A stretch of 64,000 nt of DNA from a virus, in the UHGV virus genome UHGV-1383976; one strand, 5' to 3'. The notes under the pieces were generated by a model that was not told the DNA's origin, ran no database searches, and was given only the letters and a program-made list of their open reading frames with translations. This document shows positions 63,890 through 64,000 of the stretch, piece by piece; position 1 is the first letter of the stretch; every line of letters begins with the position of its first letter. The position numbers and the translations under genes were made by a program.

Positions 63890-64000
63890 TCGCCCTCCTT
63901 CAGCATTTGGAACTTGTCATACAAGTCCCAGCTTACATACACGACCAGTTCAGGCCAACGGGGGCTATCATAGCTCAAGCGGGCGCTCAAGCTTGCGACT
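63886..64000 (-). CDS. 3' end of a minus-strand gene that enters from beyond the window
   Basis: Open frame ...WDLYDKFQMLKEGE and a TGA overlapping the next start codon. Confidence 0.35.
   Translation of the reverse strand, partial: VASLSARLSYDSPRWPELVVYVSWDLYDKFQMLKEGE

Noticed and set aside
1-64000. Alternative genetic code (stop-codon reassignment with suppressor tRNA)
   Set aside because: Long late genes, the tail fibres and the endolysin exons, are uninterrupted under the standard code. No tRNA with a CTA, TCA or TTA anticodon in a normal 7-nt loop was found.

Overview
This window reads as a 64-kb segment of a large AT-rich tailed phage, probably virulent and infecting a Gram-positive (Firmicutes-type) host. 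The host assignment is inference from the sigma70-like promoters, the endolysin domain set and the CCA-encoding tRNAs.

Layout, left to right:
- 1-8.3 kb, minus strand: a replication and nucleic-acid module. It holds a truncated GyrB-type topoisomerase gene, a UvrD-like helicase, a membrane-anchored GIY-YIG nuclease, a Vsr-like nuclease, an ATP-dependent DNA ligase, a P-loop kinase and RNase H.
- 8.4-20.5 kb, plus strand: miscellaneous early or middle genes interleaved with a tRNA island. I count at least 16 tRNA or tRNA-like genes, all but two with encoded CCA. The island also has two paralogous PD-(D/E)xK-like nucleases, two small NPPF methyltransferase-like paralogs, an SPFH protein and a metallophosphoesterase.
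- 20.5-36.5 kb, plus strand: the late block. It has a ClpP-like prohead protease, a phoH-like gene split by a group I intron carrying a LAGLIDADG homing endonuclease, a large structural protein and a run of seven tail-fibre paralogs sharing an N-terminal module and GKGLSxNDYT repeats. It ends with a multidomain endolysin (GH25 + amidase_2 + 2x PG-binding + SH3b) split by a second, homologous group I intron carrying an HNH endonuclease.
- 36.6-52.7 kb, plus strand: roughly 30 small genes, including an RtcB RNA ligase, a nucleotidyltransferase, two lipoproteins and an HTH protein.
- 52.7-54.75 kb: a 2-kb ORF-free convergent region full of repeats. These include an ACTTATAAGT palindromic iteron array (also found in a mini-cluster at 6.74 kb), a TTGACATTTGACTTGAC inverted plus direct repeat, a TTCCAGC microsatellite and GAATTGTCAAATTCTGG repeats. 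I read it as a candidate origin or genome-terminus region.
- 54.76-64 kb, minus strand: the most unusual part. About 22 small genes each sit in their own transcription unit, ordered (in the direction of transcription) as perfect palindrome TTTAGACTA-N3-TAGTCTAAA, then sigma70 promoter, then conserved about 35-nt leader, then gene, then intrinsic terminator. The palindrome recurs 20 times. The block includes a tandemly duplicated two-gene cassette (an acidic small protein plus a protein with a histone-H1-like KA-rich tail), a DEDD exonuclease, a HAD phosphatase, membrane peptides and a GC-rich winged-helix protein. I interpret it as a host-takeover or anti-defence early module under a common, undescribed regulatory site.

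A second promoter family, TTGATT-N17-TATAAT followed by ATATATAGAAARTGAG, occurs at least 17 times on both strands and often overlaps terminator hairpins. Three GC-rich ORF-free structured regions sit in the tRNA islands. No CRISPR array, integrase or reverse transcriptase was seen.
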